Source: Pseudomonas aeruginosa PAO1
GTDB lineage: Bacteria; Pseudomonadota; Gammaproteobacteria; Pseudomonadales; Pseudomonadaceae
DNA: 64,000 bases
Assembly: GCF_000006765.1 (NCBI RefSeq)
Contig: NC_002516.2
Strand: one strand, 5' to 3'
The translations under genes and the position numbers were made by a program. Shown here in pieces: positions 8,686-18,124 of this stretch (position 1 is its first letter; every line of letters starts with the position of its first letter). The notes under the pieces were generated by a model. That model did not search any database and was not told the origin of the DNA. It saw nothing but the letters and a program-made list of their open reading frames with translations.

Positions 8686-8909
8686 GTTCCGCGTCCTTGC
8701 CAGTCATAGCAGGGGCAAACCGGCCCCTTTGGTGAATGAAATGGTGTGGAGGGATGGTCACAGAACATTGCTCCAGCGTCGAGACTGCAAACGTTCAATC
8801 AGAAATGTCCCATCCAGCGCTTCCTGTTCGCCTCACGCCATGTCATGGATTGTCGCACCGGCCTCGCTTTGCTAGCGTGCCGGACATCAATTCCATCCGA
8901 GATTTCCAG

Positions 8910-9467
8910 ATGCGCCCGTCGTTCGCCAGTTGGGGCCTGCTTGCCCTCCTGCTCCTGCAAGGCCCGTTGCTCCAGGCCCAGCCGCTGTCACCGGCTCTCC
9001 AGCAACTGTTGAGCCTGAGCAGCCAGCGTTTGCAACTAGCCGATCAGGTAGCCCAGAGCAAGGCCCAGTCGGGCAAGGCGGTACAGGACAGCCCGCGGGA
9101 AGAACAACAGTTGCAGATGCTCGCCGGACAAGCCGGGAGCCACGGGGTCGGCGCCGAGCAGGTGCGCCTGCTGTTCGCCGCGCAGATCGAGGCGAACAAG
9201 CTGGTCCAGTACCGCCTGCTCAGCCGGCCGCTACCGGACGCTGGCCAGGCGGTCGACCTGGAGCGCATCCGCAGCCGCCTCAATCAGCTCAACCTGGAGC
9301 TGCTGCGCGGCTACGCCCCGGCGCTCGCCGAACTGCGCGTCGACGACTGCCGGCCGAGGCTCAACCAGGCGCTGCAACGGCAGGTACGCGTCGATCGCCT
9401 GGACGAGCTGCACGCCATCGCCCTGTCACGGGCGGCGGGCGATCTCTGTCACTGGGCCGAGCTCTGA
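8910..9467 (+). CDS. Periplasmic AroQ-gamma chorismate mutase, 185 aa
   Basis: Signal peptide; [25 protein letters not shown] motifs. Confidence 0.88.
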
Positions 9468-9892
9468 AGCGCGGCCAGCGCATCGCGTAGTTCCTGCGGA
9501 ATGGCCACCGGGCGGCTGCTTCGGCGCTCCACGAAGACATGCACGAAACGCCCGGCCGCGCAGGCCTCCCGCTGCCCTTCGAGGAACAAGGCCAGTTCGT
9601 ACTGCACCGAGCTGTTGCCCAGGCGCGCCACCCGCAGGCCCATCTCGATCCGCTGGGGGAAGGCCACCGGCGCGAAATAGTCGCAGCTGGAGCTGACCAC
9701 CAGGCCGATCACTTCGCCGCCCTGGATATCCAGGCCGCCGCGCTCGATCAGGTAGGTATTCACCGCCGTGTCGAAGAATGCATAGTAGGTCACGTTGTTC
9801 ACGTGTCCGTAGATGTCGTTGTCGTGCCAGCGCGTGCTGATCGGCTGGAAATGAAGGTACTGCTCGCGCAGCGGTCGCGGGGCGGTCGCCAT
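9449..9892 (-). CDS. 4-HBA-CoA/YbgC-type acyl-CoA thioesterase, 147 aa
   Basis: [17 protein letters not shown] motif. Confidence 0.9.
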
Positions 9893-9914
9893 GCCCGGTC
9901 CTCGTAGAAGGGAT

Positions 9915-11078
9915 TCAGTATGCCGCGCGATAGATCGCCAGGGCATCCGCCTCGCCGACCTCGCGCGGGTTGTTGACCAGCAGACGCTGCTGGAGCATCG
10001 CGTCGGCGGCCAGGCGCGGCAGCATCGCCTCGTCCACCCCGGCGTCGCGCAAGCGGCTCGGCAGGCCGTTGCGCGGACTGAGCTGGGCCAGTTCGTCGAT
10101 CAGCTGCACGGTAAGCGCGTCGCGATCGCCCGGACGCAAGCGGTCGCCCAGCAGCAGCGGCGCCAGCTCGGCATAGAGTCCAGCGGCAGCGGGAGCGTTG
10201 AAACGGATCACCTCCGGTAGCACCAGCGCATTGCTCAGGCCGTGGGGAATGTGGAAATGCCCTCCCAGCGGATAGGCCAGGGCATGCACCGCCGCCACCG
10301 GCGCATTGGCGAAGGCCTGCCCGGCCAAGCAGGCGCCCAGCAGCATGGCCTGGCGCGCCTCGCGGTCGCCGCCGTCGCCTACCGCGCGTTCCAGGTTGGC
10401 CGCCAGCAGGCGCAACGCCTCCCGCGCCAGCAGGTCGGACAGCGGGTTCTTCTTCAGTTTGCTGGTATAGCTCTCGATCGCATGCACCATCGCGTCGATA
10501 CCGGTCGCCGCGGTGACCGCCGGCGGCAAGCCGAGGGTCAGGTCGGCGTCGAGCAGCGCCAGGTCGGGCAGCAAGTGGGGCGAGACCACGCCCATCTTGG
10601 TGGTCTCGCCGGTGGTGACGATGGCGATCGGCGTCACCTCGGAGCCGGTCCCGGCGGTGGTCGGCACCTGGATCAGCGGCAGGCGCGGCCCGCGTGCGTT
10701 GCCGACCCCGAAGACCTCGCCGAGCCCCTGCCCTGCTTCTGGGTGGGCGAGCAGCGCGACCAGCTTGGCTACGTCCATGGAGCTGCCGCCGCCGAAACCG
10801 ACCACCAGCTCGGCAGCCATGCCCCGCGCCCGCCCGAGCGCGGCCTCGACCACCGACTCGGGCGGATCGGCGAGCACCTGGTCGTACACCTCGACGGCCA
10901 GGCCCAGGCGCGGGAAGCCGGGCAGGATCGCATCCAGCAAGCCGAGCCGGGTGATCCCCGGGTCGGTCACGATCAACACGCGGCGCGCCCTTCGCTCGCG
11001 GCAGAGTTCCGCCAGGCGGATGGCGGAGCCGGCCTCGCAGAGGATCTGCGCGGTAGTGGCGAAACTGAAAGCTTGCAT
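9915..11078 (-). CDS. Iron-containing alcohol dehydrogenase (hydroxyacid dehydrogenase-like), 387 aa
   Basis: GGGSSMD, PTTAGTGSE, DAMVHAIE, HALAY, PHG metal ligands; start MQAFSF. Confidence 0.92.
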   Translation of the reverse strand: MQAFSFATTAQILCEAGSAIRLAELCRERRARRVLIVTDPGITRLGLLDAILPGFPRLGLAVEVYDQVLADPPESVVEAALGRARGMAAELVVGFGGGSSMDVAKLVALLAHPEAGQGLGEVFGVGNARGPRLPLIQVPTTAGTGSEVTPIAIVTTGETTKMGVVSPHLLPDLALLDADLTLGLPPAVTAATGIDAMVHAIESYTSKLKKNPLSDLLAREALRLLAANLERAVGDGGDREARQAMLLGACLAGQAFANAPVAAVHALAYPLGGHFHIPHGLSNALVLPEVIRFNAPAAAGLYAELAPLLLGDRLRPGDRDALTVQLIDELAQLSPRNGLPSRLRDAGVDEAMLPRLAADAMLQQRLLVNNPREVGEADALAIYRAAY

Positions 11079-11104
11079 ATCGGTCTCCTTGGGCGAGACG
11101 CCCG

Positions 11105-12895
11105 TCAGAACGAGAAATGCTCCTCGGGCAGGGCCATCAGGCAGTCGGCGCCACCGAGCAAGGCTTCGCGGTGCATGCTCGCCCGCGGCAGGATACGCCG
11201 CAGGTAGAAATCGGCGCTGCGCAGCTTGGCCCGATAGAAATCGCCCTCGCCGGAGCCGCCGTCCAGCGCTTCCTGGGCTCGTGCCGCGGCTTGCAACCAG
11301 AGGGCCGCGAGCAATACGTAGGCGCTGTACTGGAGGAAGTCCACCGAAGTGGCGCCGATCTCCTGGGGATCGCGGGCGCAGGCCTCGAGTACCTGGCCGG
11401 TGAGCTGCCGCCACTCTTCCAGGCGTTGCAGCACCGGCTCAGCCAGTGGCGCCAGCACAGCACGCCCTTGCAGCGCCTCGCTGGCCACCGCCAGTTCGCC
11501 TTGCAGCGCCAGCAGTTCGCCGCCCTGGTCGCCGAGCAGCTTGCGGCGGACCAGATCGAGCGCCTGGATGCCATTGGTGCCTTCGTATATCTGGGTGATG
11601 CGACTGTCGCGCATCAATTGCTCCATGCCCCATTCGCGGATGAAACCGTGACCGCCACAGACCTGTACGCCGAGGCTGGCGACTTCCTGGCCGACATCGG
11701 TAAGGAAGGCCTTGACGATGGGGATCAGCAGCGCTGCACGGCGCGTCGCCGCGCGCCGGCCGTCGGCATCCGGATGGCCGTGTTCCAGGTCGAGCTGGCG
11801 TGCGCAGCAGGCCGCCAGCATGCGGCAGCCTTCGACCAGGGTCTTCTGGGTCAGCAGCATGCGCCGCACGTCGGGGTGCACGATGATCGGGTCGGCGACC
11901 TTGTCCGGTGCCTGCGGGCCGACCAGGGCGCGCGACTGCAGGCGTTCGCGGGCGTAGCCGAGGGCGCCCTGGAAGGCCCGTTCGGCGATACCCAGGCCCT
12001 GCAGGCCGACCTGGAAGCGCGCGTCGTTCATCATCGTGAACATGCAGGCCAGGCCCTGGTTCGCCTGGCCCAGCAGCCAGCCCCTGGCGCCGTCGAAGTT
12101 CATCACGCAGGTGGAGGCGCCCTTGATCCCCATCTTGTGCTCGATGGCGCCGCACCCCAGGCTGTTGCGCTCGCCCAGGGAGCCATCGGGATTGGCGACG
12201 AACTTCGGCACCAGGAACAGACTGATGCCCTTCACCCCGGCCGGCGCGTCCGCCAGGCGCGCCAGCACCAGGTGGACGATGTTCTCGGTGAGGTCCTGCT
12301 CGCCACCGCTGATGAAGATCTTGCTGCCGCTGATCGCGTAGCTGCCGTCGGCCTGCGCCTCGGCGCGGGTGCGCAGGAGGGCGAGGTCGGTGCCGGCCTG
12401 GGGTTCGGTCAGGCACATGGTGCCGGCCCATTCACCGCTCACCAGCTTGGCCAGGTAGTCGCGCCGCAACGCCTCGTCGCCATGCTTGTACAGGGCCAGC
12501 ACGGCGCCCTCGGTCAGCCCCGAATAGACGCGGAAGGACAGGCTGGCGGCCATCAGCATCTCGTGGAAGCACGCGGAGACCATCTGCGGGAAGCCCTGGC
12601 CGCCGTACTCGGTGGGTCCGGTCATGCTCGCCCAGCCGTTCTCGCTGTACTGCCGGTAGGCTTCGCGAAAGCCGGTGGGGGTGGTCACCACGCCGTCCTT
12701 CAGCTTCGCGCCTTCCTCGTCGCTGTTGCGATTGAGCGGCGCCACCACCTGGCCGGTGTAGCGCGCGCCTTCCTCGAGCACGCCGTCGATCAGTTCGCGA
12801 TCGATGCCGTTGCCCAGCAGTTCGCAATGCGCGCCGACATCGAACAGTTCATGGAGAACGAAGCGCATGTCGCGCAAGGGGGCCTGGTAATCCAT
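11105..12895 (-). CDS. Acyl-CoA dehydrogenase, 596 aa
   Basis: MCLTEPQAGTD, GSKIFISGGE, EHKMGIK, GGHGFIREW..YEGTNGIQ. Confidence 0.93.
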   Translation of the reverse strand: MDYQAPLRDMRFVLHELFDVGAHCELLGNGIDRELIDGVLEEGARYTGQVVAPLNRNSDEEGAKLKDGVVTTPTGFREAYRQYSENGWASMTGPTEYGGQGFPQMVSACFHEMLMAASLSFRVYSGLTEGAVLALYKHGDEALRRDYLAKLVSGEWAGTMCLTEPQAGTDLALLRTRAEAQADGSYAISGSKIFISGGEQDLTENIVHLVLARLADAPAGVKGISLFLVPKFVANPDGSLGERNSLGCGAIEHKMGIKGASTCVMNFDGARGWLLGQANQGLACMFTMMNDARFQVGLQGLGIAERAFQGALGYARERLQSRALVGPQAPDKVADPIIVHPDVRRMLLTQKTLVEGCRMLAACCARQLDLEHGHPDADGRRAATRRAALLIPIVKAFLTDVGQEVASLGVQVCGGHGFIREWGMEQLMRDSRITQIYEGTNGIQALDLVRRKLLGDQGGELLALQGELAVASEALQGRAVLAPLAEPVLQRLEEWRQLTGQVLEACARDPQEIGATSVDFLQYSAYVLLAALWLQAAARAQEALDGGSGEGDFYRAKLRSADFYLRRILPRASMHREALLGGADCLMALPEEHFSF

Positions 12896-12896
12896 C

Positions 12897-14132
12897 TCAG
12901 CGCACCTCCTGCAGGTCGGCGAAGGCTCCGCCCTCGGCGGCCAGGCGCTCGACCAGGGACGCCGGCTTCCAGCGCGCGCCGTGGCGCTGTTCGAGGAAAC
13001 GCAAGCGTTGCAGCAGATCGGCCGCGCCGAGGCGATCGGCCCAGGCCATGGGACCGCCCTCCGCGGCGGGGAAGCCGTAGCCGTTCAGGTAGACAGTGTC
13101 GATGTCGGCACTACGGGCGGCGATACCCTCGTCGAGGATCTTCGCGCCCTCGTTGACCAGCGCCAGCAGGCAACGCTCGAGGATTTCCTCGTCGGCGAAA
13201 TCGCGCCGCGGGTAGCCCAGCGTCTCGGCAACCCGGAGCACCAGGGCATCCACCTCGGTATCGTGCTCCGCCTGGCGGCTGCCCGGCGCGTAGCGGTAGT
13301 AGCCGGCACCGCTCTTCTGGCCGAAGCGGCCCATCTCGCAAAGGCGGTTGTCCACCTGCACGGCCGGCTGGTCCTGGCCGACCCCGGCCAACTCGCGGGC
13401 GCGCCACTCCAGGTCGATACCGACCACGTCGTACATGCGGAACGGCCCCATGGCGAAACCGAACGCCTGGAGAGCCCGGTCCACCTGGTACGGCAGAGCG
13501 CCTTCCAGCAGCATCAGGCGGGCCTCGGTGGCGTAGGGTTCGAGCATGCGGTTGCCGATGAAGCCGTGGCAGTTGCCGGCCACCACGCTGACCTTGCCCA
13601 TCCGCTCGCCCAGCGCCAGGGCCGCCTCCAGCACCGCCGGCGCGGTCTGCGCGCCGCGCACGATCTCCAGCAGCCGCATGATGTGCGCCGGGCTGAAGAA
13701 GTGCAGGCCGAGCACCTGACGCGGACGCGCGGTGACCGCGGCGATGGCGTCGATGTCCAGGTAGGAGGTATTGCTGGCCAGCACCGCGGAGGGCTTCAGC
13801 GCCGCGTCCAGCTCGCGGAAGATCGATTGCTTGAGTTCCAGGTTCTCGTAGACCGCCTCGATCACCAGGTCCGCCTCGCGCATCGCGGCGAGGTGCTGGA
13901 CCGGCGTGATGCGGGCGCGGCGCGCGGCCGCTTCCTCTTCGCCGATGCGCCCCTGGCGCACGTTGTGCGCGTAGGTGTCGGCCACGGCGCCGAGCGCCTG
14001 GTTGAGCATCTGCGGGTTGCTGTCCAGCCACTGCACGTCGAGACCGGCGTTGGCCAGGCACATGACGATACCGCGACCCATGGTGCCGGCGCCGATCACC
14101 GCGGCCTGGCGGAAGGAAAAGTTCTGGCTCAT
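12897..14132 (-). CDS. 3-hydroxyacyl-CoA dehydrogenase (no hydratase domain), 411 aa
   Basis: VIGAGTMG, EAVYE, ASNTS, GLHFFSPA..LLE, GFIGNR. Confidence 0.92.
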   Translation of the reverse strand: MSQNFSFRQAAVIGAGTMGRGIVMCLANAGLDVQWLDSNPQMLNQALGAVADTYAHNVRQGRIGEEEAAARRARITPVQHLAAMREADLVIEAVYENLELKQSIFRELDAALKPSAVLASNTSYLDIDAIAAVTARPRQVLGLHFFSPAHIMRLLEIVRGAQTAPAVLEAALALGERMGKVSVVAGNCHGFIGNRMLEPYATEARLMLLEGALPYQVDRALQAFGFAMGPFRMYDVVGIDLEWRARELAGVGQDQPAVQVDNRLCEMGRFGQKSGAGYYRYAPGSRQAEHDTEVDALVLRVAETLGYPRRDFADEEILERCLLALVNEGAKILDEGIAARSADIDTVYLNGYGFPAAEGGPMAWADRLGAADLLQRLRFLEQRHGARWKPASLVERLAAEGGAFADLQEVR

Positions 14133-14274
14133 GGTCTTGTCCTCGTTGTAGCGAGCGCAGGAGGAACGGTGGACGAAACCTGGGGCAGTCCGACCGCACA
14201 AAAAGCGACCACTACCTTAGGGGAAGGTCGTACTATTTTTGAAATTTAGTCTTGTGATAGCTGGAATTCAGGCA

Positions 14275-15183
14275 GTGAATATCCAAACCTTCGACCTCAA
14301 CCTGCTACGCGTCCTTGACGCGCTGCTGCGCGAACGCAACGTCTCGCGCGCGGCGGAGCGCCTGGCGCTGAGCCAGCCGGCAGTGAGCAATGCGCTGAAC
14401 CGCCTGCGCGAGCTGCTCGACGACCCGCTGCTGGTCCGCGCCGGTCGTGCGATGCAGCCGACGCCCCGGGCGCTGGCGCTGGAAGCGCCGATCCGCGCGG
14501 CGCTGCGGCAGATCGAACAGAGCCTGGGCGACGGCGAGGGCTTCGATCCGGGGCGCAGCCGGCAGCGCTTCACCGTAGCGGTGACCGACTACGTCGAACT
14601 GATCTGCATGCCCGCCCTGATGCGCCGCCTGAGTGAGCGGGCGCCGGGAATCTCCATCGCCATCCAGCACCTGACCCCGACCTTGCCGGCCGAGGCGCTG
14701 GACAAAGGCGAACTGGACCTGGTGCTAGGCCGCTTCGAAAACGTCCCGGCGCGCTTCCAGCGCCGCCATTGGGCCAGCGAGACCCTGCAACTGGTCGCCC
14801 GGCGTCAGCACCCGCTGCTGGCGCAGGCTCCCGACCTGGCCACCTTCCTGGAGCTGCAGCACCTGTGGGTGCACGGCGGGCAGACCAAGGGGATGGTCGA
14901 CCAGTGGCTGGGCAGCCAGGGGCTCAAGCGGCAAGTGGCCTACACCACGCCGAACTACCTGCAGGCAGCGCACATCGCCGCGTACAGCGACCTGGTCGGC
15001 GTCCTGCCGCGACAACTGGCGCACTACTTCGAACGATTGCTGCCCCTGCAATCGTTCGACCTGCCGTTCGACCTCGGCCCGTTCCACCTGGAACTGGTGT
15101 TTCTGGCCCAGCGCGAACGCGACATCGCCCTGCAATGGCTGGTCGAACAGATCCGCCAGGTCGGGGCCGCCGGACCGGACTAG
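14275..15183 (+). CDS. LysR-family regulator divergent from the acyl-CoA cluster, 302 aa
   Basis: DLNLLRVLDALLRERNVSRAAERLALSQPAVS; GTG start assumed. Confidence 0.9.
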   Translation: MNIQTFDLNLLRVLDALLRERNVSRAAERLALSQPAVSNALNRLRELLDDPLLVRAGRAMQPTPRALALEAPIRAALRQIEQSLGDGEGFDPGRSRQRFTVAVTDYVELICMPALMRRLSERAPGISIAIQHLTPTLPAEALDKGELDLVLGRFENVPARFQRRHWASETLQLVARRQHPLLAQAPDLATFLELQHLWVHGGQTKGMVDQWLGSQGLKRQVAYTTPNYLQAAHIAAYSDLVGVLPRQLAHYFERLLPLQSFDLPFDLGPFHLELVFLAQRERDIALQWLVEQIRQVGAAGPD

Positions 15184-15197
15184 GGGAATCCGGGCAG

Positions 15198-15800
15198 TCA
15201 GAAGCGGTCGCGAATGACCAGTTCTTCCCGCGGCAGCTTGCCGCTGCGCGGCCAGGGTTCAACGGCCTTTTTCCCGACCGCGACCATCAGGCCGATCACA
15301 TGGTTGTCCGGCAGGTTGATCAGCCGGGCCACGGCATCGAAGTCGAAACCATCCATCGGACACGAATCCAGGCCCTGGCCGCGGGCGACCAGCATCAGGG
15401 TCTGCGCCAGCAGGCCGCAGCTGCGCATGGCTTCGTCGCGCTGTACCTGGGGCTTGCCGCGGTAGTAGGTGTCGATGGCGCCTGCCATGAACGCCTGTAC
15501 CGCCTCGGGAGCACCGTCCCAGACCCGCTGCGCGTTGCGCTCCCAACTGTCGAGCTGGGCGCACACCACCACCAGCATCGCCGCGTCGGTGACCTGCGCC
15601 TGGTCCCAGGCCACTTCACGCAACTGCACGCGCAATTGCGGATCGCTGACCTCGACCAGCCGCACGTGTTGCAGGTTGAAGGCGGAAGGCGCATGCAGCG
15701 CCAGGTCCAGGAGATGGTCCTTCTCTTCGCGAGTCAGGCTGAAGGATGAGTCGTAGCCCTTGATGGCACGGCGACTACGAACGGCGTCTTCGATATGCAT
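15198..15800 (-). CDS. Nitroreductase-family flavoprotein, 200 aa
   Basis: SRRAIKGY, APSAFNLQ, DSCPMDGFD. Confidence 0.9.
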   Translation of the reverse strand: MHIEDAVRSRRAIKGYDSSFSLTREEKDHLLDLALHAPSAFNLQHVRLVEVSDPQLRVQLREVAWDQAQVTDAAMLVVVCAQLDSWERNAQRVWDGAPEAVQAFMAGAIDTYYRGKPQVQRDEAMRSCGLLAQTLMLVARGQGLDSCPMDGFDFDAVARLINLPDNHVIGLMVAVGKKAVEPWPRSGKLPREELVIRDRF

Positions 15801-15912
15801 GGGGGAAATCCACTGCGAGGGAACAAAGGGGCGCCCACTCTAGGGCATTGGCGAGAAGATAAACCAGACTTCAATAAATCCGACGCAGCCCCACAGCAGC
15901 TACTTACAGAAT

Positions 15913-15961
15913 TAGGACTAGGACTATTCCTAGGAAGGAATTTTCCTAAGGAATTGTCCTA
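15913..15961. repeat. AT-rich array of six TAGGA/TCCTA pentamers
   Basis: TAGGA at 15913, 15919, 15931; TCCTA at 15928, 15944, 15957; palindrome TTCCTAGGAA 15927-15936. Confidence 0.8.
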
Positions 15962-16053
15962 TATTCCACTCCAATGCCAGCGCCTGGGAGAGGGCCCCTC
16001 CCGGGACGCACGAACGCAGAAAAATAAGGATGAACTCACGTAGGAGTAAGCTC

Positions 16054-16410
16054 ATGAACAGGATGGGCCAACTGGCTTTGTTCGGTCTTCTTGTAGGAAC
16101 TTCCAGCAACCTGTTCGCCGCCCCCGGCAGCATCAGCGGCGTCATCCGCTTCACCGGCGCCATTGTCGAGCCACCATGCTCGATGAGCGCTCCCCGCCAA
16201 GACGAAAGCAAGGGCAGTTTCCACCTCAGTGGCTGTCCCATGCAGGCGCGCACCGCGGATGTCAGCATCCGTTCGATGAAGACCGGCGAGGTGCGCCACT
16301 TGCAACCCAGCGATACGGTCATCGGTGAACGGGATTTCTCGGCGCGCTATGAGCTGGCCGGAAGCGGTCGCCGCTCCGGCAACTACCTGATCACCGTCAC
16401 CTACCCCTGA
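16054..16410 (+). CDS. Small secreted type-1 fimbrial-subunit-like protein, 118 aa (PA5191-like)
   Basis: AGGAG RBS; signal peptide; GVIRFTGAIVEPPC motif, second Cys, C-terminal ITVTYP. Confidence 0.7.
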   Translation: MNRMGQLALFGLLVGTSSNLFAAPGSISGVIRFTGAIVEPPCSMSAPRQDESKGSFHLSGCPMQARTADVSIRSMKTGEVRHLQPSDTVIGERDFSARYELAGSGRRSGNYLITVTYP

Positions 16411-16419
16411 CGTTCGCCC

Positions 16420-16451
16420 ATGAAAAAACCGCCCGAAGGCGGTTTTTTCAT
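16420..16451. terminator. Bidirectional intrinsic terminator
   Basis: ATGAAAAAACCGCC-cgaa-GGCGGTTTTTTCAT. Confidence 0.92.
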
Positions 16452-16467
16452 GGTGCCGAAACGTGGC

Positions 16468-18009
16468 TTACAGCTGCGGGCCGGCGGCCTTGATCGCATC
16501 GGAAACCTCGAATTTCTTGAAGTTTTCGATGAACTGCTTGGCCAGGCCCTTCGCCGCCTCGTCGTAGGCAGCCTTGTCAGCCCAGGTGTTGCGCGGGTTG
16601 AGCAGATTGGTCTCGACGCCCGGAACGGCCTTCGGCACGTCCAGGTTGATGATCTCCAGGTGCTCGGTTTCCGCGCCGATCAGCGCGCCGCTCTGGATCG
16701 CCGCGATCACGCCACGGGTGGTCGGGATGTTGAAGCGCTTGCCGACGCCGTAGCCACCGCCGGTCCAGCCAGTGTTGACCAGGTAGACCTTGGAGCCGAA
16801 GGCCTTGATGCGCTTGATCAGCAGCTCGGCATAGACGCCGGCCGGACGCGGGAAGAAAGGAGCACCGAAGCAGGTGGAGAAGGTCGACTTGATACCGCCG
16901 CCGGAACCCATCTCGGTGGAGCCGACCAGCGCGGTGTAGCCGGACAGGAAGTGGTAGGCCGCCTGCTCATTGTTCAGGATCGATACCGGCGGCAGTACGC
17001 CGGTCAGGTCGCAGGTCAGGAAGATCACCGCGTTGGGCTCGCCGCCGAGGTTCTTCTCCGAACGCTTCTCGACGTGCTCCAGCGGGTAGGCGGCGCGGCT
17101 GTTCTGGGTCAGGCTGTCATCGGCGTAGTTGGGCACGCGCTCTTCGTCGAGAACCACGTTCTCCAGCACGGCGCCGAACTTGATGGCTTTCCAGATGACC
17201 GGCTCGTTCTTCTCGGACAGGTCGATGCACTTGGCATAGCAACCGCCTTCGACGTTGAACACCACGCCCTCGCCCCAGCCGTGCTCGTCGTCACCGATCA
17301 GGTAACGGCTTTCATCGGCGGACAGGGTGGTCTTGCCGGTGCCGGACAGGCCGAAGAACAGGGTCACATCGCCCGCTTCGCCGATGTTGGCAGCGCAGTG
17401 CATCGGCAGCACGTCGCGCTCGGGCAGCAGGAAGTTCTGCACGGAGAACATGGCTTTCTTCATCTCGCCGGCATAGCGCATGCCTGCGATCAGCACTTTC
17501 TTCTGGGCGAAATTGAGGATCACGCAACCGTCGGAGTTGGTGCCGTCGCGCTCGGGCACGCATTCGAAGTTGGCGACATTGAGGACCTGCCACTCGTCCT
17601 TGCCGGCCGGGTTGTACTGCTCCGGCTCGATGAACAGGCAACGGCCGAACAGATTCTGCCAGGCGGTAGCGGTGGTCATCTTCACCGGCAGGTAGTAAGC
17701 CTCGGCGGAACCTACATGAACATGGGAAACGAAATGGTCCTGGGCGTTGTTGAACGCTTCCACGCGGGCCCACAGCGCATCGAACTTGTCGGCCGGGAAC
17801 GGACGGTTGATGTTGCCCCAGGCGATCGCGTCCTTGGTGCTCGGCTCTTCGACGATGAAACGGTCGACCGGCGAACGGCCGGTGCGATGGCCGGTACGTA
17901 CGACCAGCGAGCCGTTGGCGGCCAGTTCGCCCTCACCGCGGCGAATGGCTTCTTCTACCAGTTGGGCGGCGCTGATATCGGTGTACACGGCGTTGTTGGC
18001 TTGCGTCAT
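16468..18009 (-). CDS. pckA: PEP carboxykinase (ATP), 513 aa
   Basis: [33 protein letters not shown]. Confidence 0.97.
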
Positions 18010-18048
18010 GTGGTTCCCCGTCGGCCAGAGGCCGAGTCCTCCAAACTT

Positions 18049-18074
18049 CGTAGCGCTTCAAAAAACTCACTACA
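18049..18074. promoter_or_regulatory. RccR/HexR-like operator in the pckA leader
   Basis: Minus strand TGTAG-N16-CTACG, similar to the TGTAG...CTACA inverted repeat of Pseudomonas RccR. Confidence 0.45.
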
Positions 18075-18124
18075 GGAAAAAAGTGGCGGGATTATGCCAG
18101 AAAAGCCCGCTGGATGAAAAATCG

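Noticed and set aside
15903-15908. CTTACA as a GacA box
   Set aside because: Only a half-site; no TGTAAG partner 6 bp upstream
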